A stretch of 64,000 nucleotides of DNA from NCBI GenBank assembly GCA_963977015.1, contig CAXBMO010000017.1, positions 64,001 through 128,000 of the forward strand, in the 5' to 3' direction. A program made the position numbers and the translations under genes. The DNA comes from an uncultured bacterium. Its GTDB lineage: Bacteria > Verrucomicrobiota > Verrucomicrobiia > Verrucomicrobiales > DEV007. This document shows positions 18,680 to 27,460 of the stretch, in pieces. The notes below the pieces were generated by a model, which was given only the letters and a program-made list of their open reading frames with translations, was not told the origin of the DNA and did not search any database. The first letter of the stretch is position 1. Each line of letters starts with the position of its first letter.

Positions 18680-19297
18680 ATGATTCTCGCGATCGAGACC
18701 TCAACTCCCAATGCCCACCTCGCGGTTCTCAGCCCCGACGGGTCTGACGTCGTCTTCGAAACGCGGTTTCACTCGGACCGAGCCCACAATTCGCGCATCT
18801 TTGATCCGCTCAAGGAAACCCTCGACGCCGCCCCCCAACTTTCGCGCCTCGTGGTGGGAACGGGGCCCGGCTCCTACAGCGGAGTTCGCGTCGGAATCGC
18901 GATCGCCAACGGACTCGCCGTAGCCAAAGGAGCCGGTGTTATCGGCCTGCCCTCCATTTGCACCCTGCTGCCCGATGGGTTGGTCGTGGGCGATGCCCGC
19001 CGAAACGCCTTTTTCGTGGCTGAAATTGCCGGCCATCAGATGGTTTCGGCTCCGGAAATTCACTCCGGCGACGAATTCACGAAGCTGGTCCACCAGGCAC
19101 TCACCGATGGCACCAGGGTCGTGACGATGGATGCGAAACCGCCGCTTGGGATCGCCGGGATCGAAATCCAATCCCCCAGCGCGACCAAGCTGGGCGCCCT
19201 CGCCGCAGAATTGGCGATTCCCGATCAAGCGATCGAACCGGTCTACGTTCGCGAGCCCTACATCACCAAGGAAAAACCGAAAGCGGCCCTCGGTTAG
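18680..19297 (+). CDS. tsaB: tRNA threonylcarbamoyladenosine biosynthesis protein TsaB
   Basis: MILAIETST, AHNS, VGTGPGSYSGVRVGIA, GDARR, EPVYVR. Confidence 0.93.
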   Translation: MILAIETSTPNAHLAVLSPDGSDVVFETRFHSDRAHNSRIFDPLKETLDAAPQLSRLVVGTGPGSYSGVRVGIAIANGLAVAKGAGVIGLPSICTLLPDGLVVGDARRNAFFVAEIAGHQMVSAPEIHSGDEFTKLVHQALTDGTRVVTMDAKPPLGIAGIEIQSPSATKLGALAAELAIPDQAIEPVYVREPYITKEKPKAALG

Positions 19298-19345
19298 GGC
19301 GCCGATTGTGAGGTGGCTGAAAAAGTGTTGCCAGGTTTTCCAAGA

Positions 19346-19987
19346 CTATGGCTGAAACTCTTCGGATCTCTCATTCCATTCCCAAAGAGTGGACAAAAGA
19401 GCATCTACTCCGCCTACCGAACCCATCGAGACGCTAAATGCTGTCGTGGAATTCAGATAGTGTTGTGATATTCGATTCAAAACACTATCCAACGCAGTCA
19501 ACGCTTCCCTGATTTTCTGTCTAGTCGTCTCGGGTAGTGGTTCCGTTCTTCTCCCACCAACTAGCGGCATTTCCCGATGCGCCAATCGCCTATTCCTCCT
19601 CACCCTAGCGAATTTGCATTTCTCGATTGCATTCTCCACTAGCGTATCCACTTCATTTTTCAATTTCCTGTCAGTAATATTTCTGGAGAACCTCTTCACT
19701 GTCAGCGTTTCGTTCCCTGCGACCGTAACATTGTCAGTTATTCGACAAATATGGAGGACCACATCCTCTATCATCATTCTCTGAGTGTTATGAAAAAATG
19801 CCGGCGCAACCTTGTTAAGTAAATTGATAACTTCGGGCGTGTCCGCAAACAGACTTTCGTAGTCGTTCCACTTTAGATGAATCCAAGTAAGCTGATTTCG
19901 AAGGTCATCGTACAGTTCTCCGAGGTTCTCGCCCATCTGTGCGATGCACTCTTCCCTTATTTCTTCTGGTGACTTTATCCTGCTCAT
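19346..19987 (-). CDS. HEPN-domain protein, AbiU2-like
   Basis: RNRRLAH fits the RX4-6H HEPN motif; LLNKVAPAFF and VLHICRITD pattern; DNA visibly more AT-rich than its neighbours. Confidence 0.7.
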   Translation of the reverse strand: MSRIKSPEEIREECIAQMGENLGELYDDLRNQLTWIHLKWNDYESLFADTPEVINLLNKVAPAFFHNTQRMMIEDVVLHICRITDNVTVAGNETLTVKRFSRNITDRKLKNEVDTLVENAIEKCKFARVRRNRRLAHREMPLVGGRRTEPLPETTRQKIREALTALDSVLNRISQHYLNSTTAFSVSMGSVGGVDALLSTLWEWNERSEEFQP

Positions 19988-20197
19988 CACATTGTTGCCA
20001 AAACGCAAGGATCTGAAAATCCTCCTCAGTCCTCGCTTATTCCCTCACTAAAGCAGAATTCTGTCAGCCTGCAAAAACCATTAAGGAATTCTTGACTTTA
20101 AGGATTTTTGAAACTAGATCTGCGGCCGCAGCGAAACCGGCAATCATCAAATCTCAAATTCAATAGGGCAATCGACGCGTTGATCCATTGATCGTCT

Positions 20198-20435
20198 ATC
20201 CCAACGGGATTGCGCACCACAAGCCCAAGGTTACCGCCGGCTACCTTGGGCCCGATCCCCGAAAGAGGAATCAATCCTGAAGGGCTTGTGGAAAGGTGAG
20301 GAGATGAAGGAGCAGGCCGGCAACGAAGATTTCGCAACCACGGTGTGGTTGATGGCTCATGGCGACGGTGTTCCTGGAGTAGGCCGCTTCGCTGGGCCAA
20401 CCCCAGGCTTTCCCTGCGCAACGGCGTTGCCGTTG
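20198..20435. repeat. Two inverted REP-like multi-hairpin units
   Basis: Unit 1 (20198-20290, +): ATCCC-AAC-GGGAT-TGCGC..AAGCCCAAGG-TT..CTA-CCTTGGG. Unit 2 (20333-20435, -): ACGGC-AAC-GCCGT-TGCGC..AAGCCTGGGG-TT..CTA-CTCCAGG. Same scaffold with covarying stems. Confidence 0.7.
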
Positions 20436-20605
20436 TTCCCTTGTGGCTGGCGGCTTCGCTAAGCCATCCCAGTCGGTTAGTTTGACATCCGGAGATACTT
20501 CGATTCGGAGATCCGGTAGGGCGATGTGGTTTGGGCGCGCGATGAGGTGACCGATAAGGAGGGCAGGAAGAAGGTGCTTTCCTGAAATCCCTGATGGAGT
20601 CCTGG

Positions 20606-22336
20606 CTAGGTCAGAGCCAGCCAGACTGGACCAAACGGCGGAAGCTCGATGGCTTTGCCGGGTTCCACCATCGCTCCGCTGAGCACTTCCCGGGTTGATT
20701 CCACGGGATCCGATCCAGAGACACAATCGCTCCAATTCACGGTCAACGGTTTGGCGGTCAAATTGGCGAGGCAGACAATCGTTTCGGAGCCATCGTGTGC
20801 CTTGCGAACGAAGCCAAAGCACGCTTTCCCGAGGTCGAGAACCTCCATGGCCGCTTCCGGATGGAACGCGGGATGGTTTTGCCGCCGAATCAGCCAGCTC
20901 GTCAGGATATCGAAAATTTTGCTCTGTTTTCCCTCCCGATCGTCCAGCACTTCATTCAGTTGATCCAATTTATACTGGCGGCGATTCAGGGTTCGGTTGC
21001 GCTTGGTCTCTTCGAAACCCTCAACCCAGTTTGGCGTTCCCAACAAACTGTGAATGTAGAGTGCGGGAACGCCGCGCATCGCCAGCATGATTGCCTGTGA
21101 ACAGAGGAAGCGGGCAATGCTGGTTTCCTCGTCACCCGGTTCGCTCATGGCATCGACGTAGGTGATGTTCAGCTCATAGGGCCGCTTTGAGCCATCCGGC
21201 ATGGAGCGCTGCGAGACTTTTCCGCCACGCTTCTTGACCTGACCAACCACCCAATCCAATTCCGAGTCGTCCAGGATTCCCTGCAAGGGGCGAACGCCAA
21301 CTCCGTCGTGCGACGCGGTGAAGTTGAGAAAGGTCTGCCCTTCGGGAAGGTCCGGAAGCGTCTTGGCCCAACCGGTGAGATGAGATCCATCCCCACGCAA
21401 CAGGGCATGCAGCAACAGCGGAGGCAGGCTGAAATTGTAAACCATGTGCGCCTCATCCCCATCGCCAAAGTAGCTCACATTCTCTTCGTGCGGCACATTT
21501 GTTTCGGTTAGCACGACGACGTGAGGAGCGACGACTTCGAGGACGTCGCGAATCAGCTTCACCACTTCATGCGTCTCGGGAAGATGCAGGCAATTGGTTC
21601 CAATCTCCTTCCAAAGAAATGCCACCGCATCGAGCCGCAGAATGCGGACACCTTTGGCGACGTAGAGAAACAGGATGTCGAGAAATTCGAAGAGCACGTT
21701 CGGATCCTTCCAATTCAGATCGACCTGATCCGCGCTGAAGGTTGTCCAAACGTTCTGATTGCCCCCACGCGTCGCCACCGTGGTTAAAAGCGGAGTTTCT
21801 CTCGGCCTAACGACTTCCGATAGATCCACGCTTTTGTCTGCGGTGACAAAATATCCCAAGCCCGGCTCCACTCCGGTAACGAATTGACGGAACCAAGGGC
21901 TCTCGCTCGAACAATGATTCAAGACCAGATCGAACATCAGCGAAAAGTCGCTCCCCAGGTCTTCAATGTCTCTCCACCCCCCGTATTCCTCTTTCACCTC
22001 ACGGTAGTCCACCACACTGAATCCATCGTCCGAGGTCCAGGGGCAAAAGGGAAGAATGTGAACCGTCCGAATCGCATTCTTCAGCCGTTCGCACAAAAAT
22101 CCCCGCAGCGTTCGCAAGGGATTCTCTCCGCCCTGAACCGTATCGGCATAAGTGATCAGCACCGTATCATTCTCGGTCCAAAGCGGCGTTTTGGGTGGCG
22201 AAACTTCGCCCACGCCATAGCGACCTAACATCATTTCGAAGCGCCGAATCAACTTTGGCGCCATTTCGACTCCATAGAGCCGTTCAAGACGGGCTTGGAT
22301 TCGGTTGGATTGGCCTTTGCCTAGTACAATGCTCAT
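20606..22336 (-). CDS. GH13_18 sugar phosphorylase, probably glucosylglycerate phosphorylase
   Basis: LITYAD, SDDGFSV, DLVLNH, WTTFSADQVDLN, RLDAVAF, TETNVPH, NFTASHDG, YELN. TETN/YELN rather than EIH/YQxN favours the glucosylglycerate clade. Confidence 0.85.
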   Translation of the reverse strand: MSIVLGKGQSNRIQARLERLYGVEMAPKLIRRFEMMLGRYGVGEVSPPKTPLWTENDTVLITYADTVQGGENPLRTLRGFLCERLKNAIRTVHILPFCPWTSDDGFSVVDYREVKEEYGGWRDIEDLGSDFSLMFDLVLNHCSSESPWFRQFVTGVEPGLGYFVTADKSVDLSEVVRPRETPLLTTVATRGGNQNVWTTFSADQVDLNWKDPNVLFEFLDILFLYVAKGVRILRLDAVAFLWKEIGTNCLHLPETHEVVKLIRDVLEVVAPHVVVLTETNVPHEENVSYFGDGDEAHMVYNFSLPPLLLHALLRGDGSHLTGWAKTLPDLPEGQTFLNFTASHDGVGVRPLQGILDDSELDWVVGQVKKRGGKVSQRSMPDGSKRPYELNITYVDAMSEPGDEETSIARFLCSQAIMLAMRGVPALYIHSLLGTPNWVEGFEETKRNRTLNRRQYKLDQLNEVLDDREGKQSKIFDILTSWLIRRQNHPAFHPEAAMEVLDLGKACFGFVRKAHDGSETIVCLANLTAKPLTVNWSDCVSGSDPVESTREVLSGAMVEPGKAIELPPFGPVWLALT

Positions 22337-22406
22337 GGTCAGTTGAACCGGAAATAAGCACACTTTTACCGAGTGGCGAATCCCCGATTCAAGAAAAGCC
22401 AGAGCG

Positions 22407-23429
22407 CTAACCCGGCTTCAAGACCGACTTGACCACTTCGCCTTGGTGCATTTTTTCGAAGGCCGTCTTCCATTCCGAGACGGGCCAGACTCCGCCGATA
22501 ATCGGTTTCACATCAAACTGGCCACTGGCGAGCAATCGAATCACGCGCTCCCAAATCGGCCAGTTGTGACTGAAACTTCCCTGGAGGGTGATGTTTTTCT
22601 GAACCAGAGGATCGAGGTTGTACCCCAGCGGCTGGGGGCCCCACCCTACCTTGCTGATCCAGCCAGCAGGTCGAACCAGGTTCAGCGCGATCTGCAACGT
22701 GGCGCTGGCTCCAGCGGCGTCGATCACCCCATCACATCCCAATCCATCCCGCTCCAAGGCCCAGGACCCGGCATCTCCCACGATGACTTCACAGCCGTAT
22801 TGTTTGGCGATTTCCAGTCGGTGCCGATCGTTCTCCAAACCAACGATCGCAACTTCCGCTCCGCAAAGTCGAGCCATCCCGGCACACAGAATTCCAATCG
22901 TTCCCGGCCCCAGCACCACAATGCGATCCCCCGGTTCGATACGCGCGTTTTTGACCGTGGCATTGTAGGCAACGCAGCACGGCTCGGTCAGACATGCCTG
23001 CTCGAACGGCAAGCTGTCGGGAATTCGATGAAGGACCCGCGCCGGCACGCGGACATGCTTTGTCATGGCCCCATCCACTCCGTAACCAAATCCCTTCCGG
23101 GTTGGGTCGAGATTGTAGAGACCTTGTCGCGTCATCGGATTGTCCGCACCGATGATGGCGGCGGTTTCGCTGACGACCCGATCACCTTCCTCCCATCCTT
23201 CCACGTCTTTGCCGACTTCCACGACATAGCCGCCAAACTCGTGCCCCAACACCACCGGATAGTTGACCGGCCAGGAATGATCTGCGGTCCATTGATGAAG
23301 ATCGCTCCCGCAAACGCCGACATTGGCGACTTCAACGAGGACGTCCTGCGCCCCAATCTCCGGTTTTTCGATCTCCCGAATTTCAACAGAACCTTTCTCA
23401 GGAGCAAAGTTAACGACAGCGGCATTCAT
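22407..23429 (-). CDS. Zinc-binding (MDR) dehydrogenase, sugar alcohol/aldonate type
   Basis: GVCGSDLH, LGHEFGG, LTEP, GPGTIG; lacks the four-Cys structural zinc loop. Confidence 0.9.
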   Translation of the reverse strand: MNAAVVNFAPEKGSVEIREIEKPEIGAQDVLVEVANVGVCGSDLHQWTADHSWPVNYPVVLGHEFGGYVVEVGKDVEGWEEGDRVVSETAAIIGADNPMTRQGLYNLDPTRKGFGYGVDGAMTKHVRVPARVLHRIPDSLPFEQACLTEPCCVAYNATVKNARIEPGDRIVVLGPGTIGILCAGMARLCGAEVAIVGLENDRHRLEIAKQYGCEVIVGDAGSWALERDGLGCDGVIDAAGASATLQIALNLVRPAGWISKVGWGPQPLGYNLDPLVQKNITLQGSFSHNWPIWERVIRLLASGQFDVKPIIGGVWPVSEWKTAFEKMHQGEVVKSVLKPG

Positions 23430-23432
23430 GAG

Positions 23433-24128
23433 TTAGTTGGATACGGTTTGTGCATGGACGGCTTCGCAAATCAGGCGGAGCGAGCTTTCCAGATCGCCAT
23501 CAGCGGTTTTGAACGCATCGGCATCGATCGTCAGCGGAGCCCCGAGAACGACCAGCGGCGCCCCGTATCCGGGACATTCAATCGCCTGTTCCAGGCTCAG
23601 GCCACCGACGGCTTGAACCGGGACCTTGACCGCTTTCACCACGTCTCGAAGCTGATCCAGCGGGCTGGGCATGCGGTTACCAGCCGCGGCGATTCCCCGG
23701 CGTTCATCATAACCAATGTGATGAATCACGTAGTCACAGCCGAGCTGCTCGAGACGCTTTGCTCCCTCCACCATGTCCGCGCTAACCATGTTATCCCCCA
23801 TCACCTCACAGCCAAAATCACGCCCCGCCTTCACCACGCATTTGATCGTTTCCTCGTGAGCCTGCGCCATTACCACGACATGGGTTGCGCCCGCTTTCGC
23901 CATCATCTCGGCTTCCAGATAACCGCCATCCATCGTCTTGAGATCCGCGACAAGCGGCACCTTGGGAAACGCTTCGCGCAATTTGCGAACGCCGTGCAAT
24001 CCTTCCGCCAAAATGAGCGGGGTTCCGGCCTCCAGCCAATCGACTCCGGCACGCATGGCCAATTCCGCCGTCTCCAGCGCTTCATCAATCTTCGTGAGGT
24101 CCAGAGAAATCTGAACGAGGGGTTTCAT
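23433..24128 (-). CDS. HPS/KGPDC-family enzyme (OMP decarboxylase suprafamily)
   Basis: VQISLD, WLEAGTPLI, VADLKTMDGGYLE, HIGYD, AVGGL; alternative GTG start at 24143. Confidence 0.88.
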   Translation of the reverse strand: MKPLVQISLDLTKIDEALETAELAMRAGVDWLEAGTPLILAEGLHGVRKLREAFPKVPLVADLKTMDGGYLEAEMMAKAGATHVVVMAQAHEETIKCVVKAGRDFGCEVMGDNMVSADMVEGAKRLEQLGCDYVIHHIGYDERRGIAAAGNRMPSPLDQLRDVVKAVKVPVQAVGGLSLEQAIECPGYGAPLVVLGAPLTIDADAFKTADGDLESSLRLICEAVHAQTVSN

Positions 24129-24187
24129 CCCTTGAGATGCCACAGGCCAGCGAACCTGCCAAGCAACGTTCCTCGCGATTTTTTTGT

Positions 24188-25024
24188 CTAGGCCAGTTGG
24201 TATGCCTCTGTGGCAGTCCCACCCATGATCCAGGCTTGCTCCGTAGTTGAAAGCTTCGAAGTCCAGCTTCTCACGGTTTCGATCCAGCGATGGTAGTCAC
24301 TGGCCAACAGACAAACCGGCCAGTCCGACCCGAACATGAGTCGATCGGGGCCAAACGCCTCCAACACCGTCTCGAAATACGGCTGAAGGAGTTGAGGCGA
24401 CCAGTTCACCCCTTCGACAACTTCGGTGACCATCCCGGAGACTTTGCAATAAACATTGCCGCGCCGGGCGATCTCTCGCATTCCACTCACCCACGCCGGA
24501 TCGGGAGTGTCCGTCTCAATCCTGGGTTTCGCGATGTGGTCAATCACGAAAACCTGCCCTTCATGTTGATCCACAAATGCCGGTGTGTGGGGCAAATGAA
24601 AATGCTTGATCAAGATGTCATAGACAAATCCGTAGTTGTGCAGCATCGCGACTCCACGATTGAAGTCTTCGCGCAACATGTATCGCTCGTCGGACTCACC
24701 CTGAAGGACGTGGCGAAAACCTTTGATCAGAGGCTCCATGGAACACTTCTCCAACGCATCGCCGACCTTGGGATCCGTCAGCTCGATCCAACCAACGACG
24801 CCCTTGATGAAAGGATGCTTTTTCCCAAATGCGAGCAAGGATTCCGTTTCCTCGGGAATCGTTCGCGCTTGGACGGAAACGACGCCATCCAGCCCCTCGC
24901 TTTCCGCGATTTCCAGCAGGTCACCCGGCCCGAAATCGCGTTTCAGCACATCCATTCCCTCACCAATCCACCCATACTGTTCGGGGCTATACTTCCAGAA
25001 ATGATGATGGGAATCGATAGTCAC
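24188..25024 (-). CDS. Amidohydrolase-2 family sugar lactonase (L-fuconolactonase-like)
   Basis: IDSHHHFW, GFRHVLQ, IDHIAKP, CKVSGMVTE, RLMFGSDWPVC. Confidence 0.88.
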   Translation of the reverse strand: MTIDSHHHFWKYSPEQYGWIGEGMDVLKRDFGPGDLLEIAESEGLDGVVSVQARTIPEETESLLAFGKKHPFIKGVVGWIELTDPKVGDALEKCSMEPLIKGFRHVLQGESDERYMLREDFNRGVAMLHNYGFVYDILIKHFHLPHTPAFVDQHEGQVFVIDHIAKPRIETDTPDPAWVSGMREIARRGNVYCKVSGMVTEVVEGVNWSPQLLQPYFETVLEAFGPDRLMFGSDWPVCLLASDYHRWIETVRSWTSKLSTTEQAWIMGGTATEAYQLA

Positions 25025-25051
25025 GAGACTTGGTCCACTGAAAGCATACGG

Positions 25052-26578
25052 TTAATCCAAAACGTCTCGACCCGGTTCCGGTTTCTTCGTAGGTGGCGGC
25101 GCGGGTTTGCTTTCAGGCAACGGCTTGGTGGGAACACTCGAATACTTGGTGAAGAGATAGATGTGAGGAATATGCGGAAGTTGAGGCTCCACCAAAATGG
25201 ACTCGCGCCCAACCCTGGAAGGATCGACATGCTTCAAATGATGGGAAACCTCATAGAACTGCCCACGGTGCGACCTCGCCCAACGCTCGACCGCGGGCAC
25301 GACTTTGGGGTCCGCGGTTTTGGGAATCTCGGCCTCGGCTGCGGTGGCCAATGTGTCCAAGCGGCTTTCAAGAGCGGTGGCGTGAGCCTGGGTCTTTGCA
25401 AAGGGCACAAAACGATCCGACGCAAAGTCGTAGTCTTCAAACCGGCGTTTGATCTTCACCGCTTCCGGAACTGATGGCATAAACGTTCCCTTTTCATCAG
25501 GACTCCACGGCGCCCAACCATTCGGAACCCCGGTTCCCCCTCCCAGGGAGTTGGCCAGATCCCGCGCCGCGATGTAGACGTCAAAACTGTCGGGCGCGAC
25601 GTGGAAATAGATGTAGTTGCGATTGTTTGAAATGGTCTTGAAGGCATTGACCAGAGGCGAACCTGCGGAGCGAAACTCGCTGATCGCCATTCCTCCGTCC
25701 GGCCGCGGCACAAAGGCCAGTTTCAACCTGTCGCGATCAACCGTGACCTGGTATTCAACATCCTTGGTTCCCAACTTCCCGGCGTTGGACTTGAAATAGG
25801 AAGCAACCTTGGCGGAATCATAGCGTAACTTCTTCAGCGCTTTTCCGTCACGATTCACAATCGACTCATAGCCTCTTCCGTCCCGTCGTTCTTTGTCACT
25901 TTTGAACGAGTAGGTATAAGATCCCGCTTCCCCACCGGAATATACCAGATCGTCAAAGTTGCTGTCCACCAAGTCGCGAATCTTGAACGCATGCTGATAG
26001 ATATCACCGACATAATAGAGTTTTCCGAAGACGCAGAGAACGTAGCGCGGCTCGGCGGCTTCCGGGGCGGTCCTCGGATTGGGCAGCATGACGACGGTCG
26101 GGGCCGGGCCCTCATCCGACATCGCGACTTCGAGTTTTTTTCGCAACTCGGTCAGTTCATCAACCTTGATCTGGTTTTCCGTCGATTGAGTCTCCTTCTT
26201 TTCCTCCTCGGTCTTGATCGCCAGCTCGATGGCCTTGAGTTTGTTCTGCAGATCATCAACTGACTCGTCGGATTTCAACGCTTCCAATTGGAGCTCCAAC
26301 TCTCTTTTCTGCTTGTTGATTTCGTCCAGCGAGCGGTTTTGCGCCAACGCACTCTTCAGATTCGCCTTGTCTTCCAATCGCTTGTCGCGAGTCAATATAT
26401 TCGCCTGCAACTCTTCCGGTGAGACCGGCTTGAGTTCGGAAACGATGCGATCCACCACATCGCTCATGCTGATGCTGGTGAGAATAAGAACAAGGAGCAG
26501 GATCCCGACCACGTTCGTCAACGCATCGAGCAACGAGTCCATGTTCGCTTCTTCATCTCCTTTGTTTCGGCGGGCCAT
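25052..26578 (-). CDS. Single-TM coiled-coil protein with an ExbD/MotB-like anchor
   Basis: MARR...DSLLDALTNVVGILLLV (Asp in TM), coiled coil, then a YFHVAPDSFDVY ExbD-like module. Confidence 0.6.
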   Translation of the reverse strand: MARRNKGDEEANMDSLLDALTNVVGILLLVLILTSISMSDVVDRIVSELKPVSPEELQANILTRDKRLEDKANLKSALAQNRSLDEINKQKRELELQLEALKSDESVDDLQNKLKAIELAIKTEEEKKETQSTENQIKVDELTELRKKLEVAMSDEGPAPTVVMLPNPRTAPEAAEPRYVLCVFGKLYYVGDIYQHAFKIRDLVDSNFDDLVYSGGEAGSYTYSFKSDKERRDGRGYESIVNRDGKALKKLRYDSAKVASYFKSNAGKLGTKDVEYQVTVDRDRLKLAFVPRPDGGMAISEFRSAGSPLVNAFKTISNNRNYIYFHVAPDSFDVYIAARDLANSLGGGTGVPNGWAPWSPDEKGTFMPSVPEAVKIKRRFEDYDFASDRFVPFAKTQAHATALESRLDTLATAAEAEIPKTADPKVVPAVERWARSHRGQFYEVSHHLKHVDPSRVGRESILVEPQLPHIPHIYLFTKYSSVPTKPLPESKPAPPPTKKPEPGRDVLD

Positions 26579-26592
26579 GGTGAGTCTTTCGG

Positions 26593-27426
26593 TTATTTCA
26601 TCAGGTTCTCAAAATAGCTGAGATCAATCTCGCCCTCACCGGGAAGGGGGAGCTTGCCAGCTCGAAAATTGGATCGTCGCGCGATGTTGGCGGCATACGT
26701 ATTCACCACCGAATTGGCTTTCGTGTAAGCGGCAATGGACTGCGGATTGTTCCTCACCAGGAACACGATCTGCGTTCGCGGATTGGCGTCGATGAAGTCG
26801 AGAAATTTGCGGAACTTTTCGTCGGTGTTGAGCGTTGCGGTCGACAGCTTCACCGGCTCCTCCCCTTTCCTCATGATCGAAATGGTTTGAGCCGATGCCT
26901 CGATGAAATAGGGCACCAAATTCCGTCCCGAACCCGCGGGGCGAACCTGGATCGGAGGCGCCTGATCCGCAGGTTTCTCCTGCGCGGCGAGTTTCTTCTT
27001 CAGCTCCTCGATATCGAGCAGCAGTTGCTGATACGACGTCAACAGACTTTCATTGTCGACTTTGAGTTGTCGCAGCTTCGCGTCTTTCTCGGCCAAACTC
27101 CCTTCCGTCTCCTCCACATTCTCCATGATCTCGCGAAGCCGGTTCTTCTCGGTCATGGCGAAGGTCAATTCGTTGACCGATTTCGAGATGGTGTCGAGCA
27201 ACTGACGAAGCTCATCATTCTGCTTCTTCAGCTCCTCGCTTTCGGCGAGAACTTCCTTGTTTTGCTCTGAGCGGTCCTTTTCCTCCGGCTCAATATCATC
27301 CGCCTTTTGCAGCTGGATAATCGCCATCCCGGAAATGATCACGACCAAGGCCCCGATGAGCGCCGCGAGGATGCTCAAAAACGGGAACAGAGAAATCGTA
27401 GTTCCGCTATCTTTGCGTCGTCCCAT
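26593..27426 (-). CDS. Second single-TM coiled-coil protein, ExbD-like but without the TM Asp
   Basis: MGRR...ISLFPFLSILAALIGALVVII, coiled coil, C-terminal IVFLVR...GKLPLPG domain. Confidence 0.6.
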   Translation of the reverse strand: MGRRKDSGTTISLFPFLSILAALIGALVVIISGMAIIQLQKADDIEPEEKDRSEQNKEVLAESEELKKQNDELRQLLDTISKSVNELTFAMTEKNRLREIMENVEETEGSLAEKDAKLRQLKVDNESLLTSYQQLLLDIEELKKKLAAQEKPADQAPPIQVRPAGSGRNLVPYFIEASAQTISIMRKGEEPVKLSTATLNTDEKFRKFLDFIDANPRTQIVFLVRNNPQSIAAYTKANSVVNTYAANIARRSNFRAGKLPLPGEGEIDLSYFENLMK

Positions 27427-27460
27427 AGGGTTTGAAGTGCGGAGTCAGGCTAGCGCCGGA

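Noticed and set aside
20098-20822. 107 aa and 183 aa minus-strand ORFs
   Set aside because: They run through the REP-like hairpins or overlap the phosphorylase; no protein-like features.
22443-24191. 582 aa ORF antisense to two genes, and possible readthrough fusion of those genes
   Set aside because: Explained by the two real genes sharing a frame; the TAA stop and separate ATG give no sign of readthrough.
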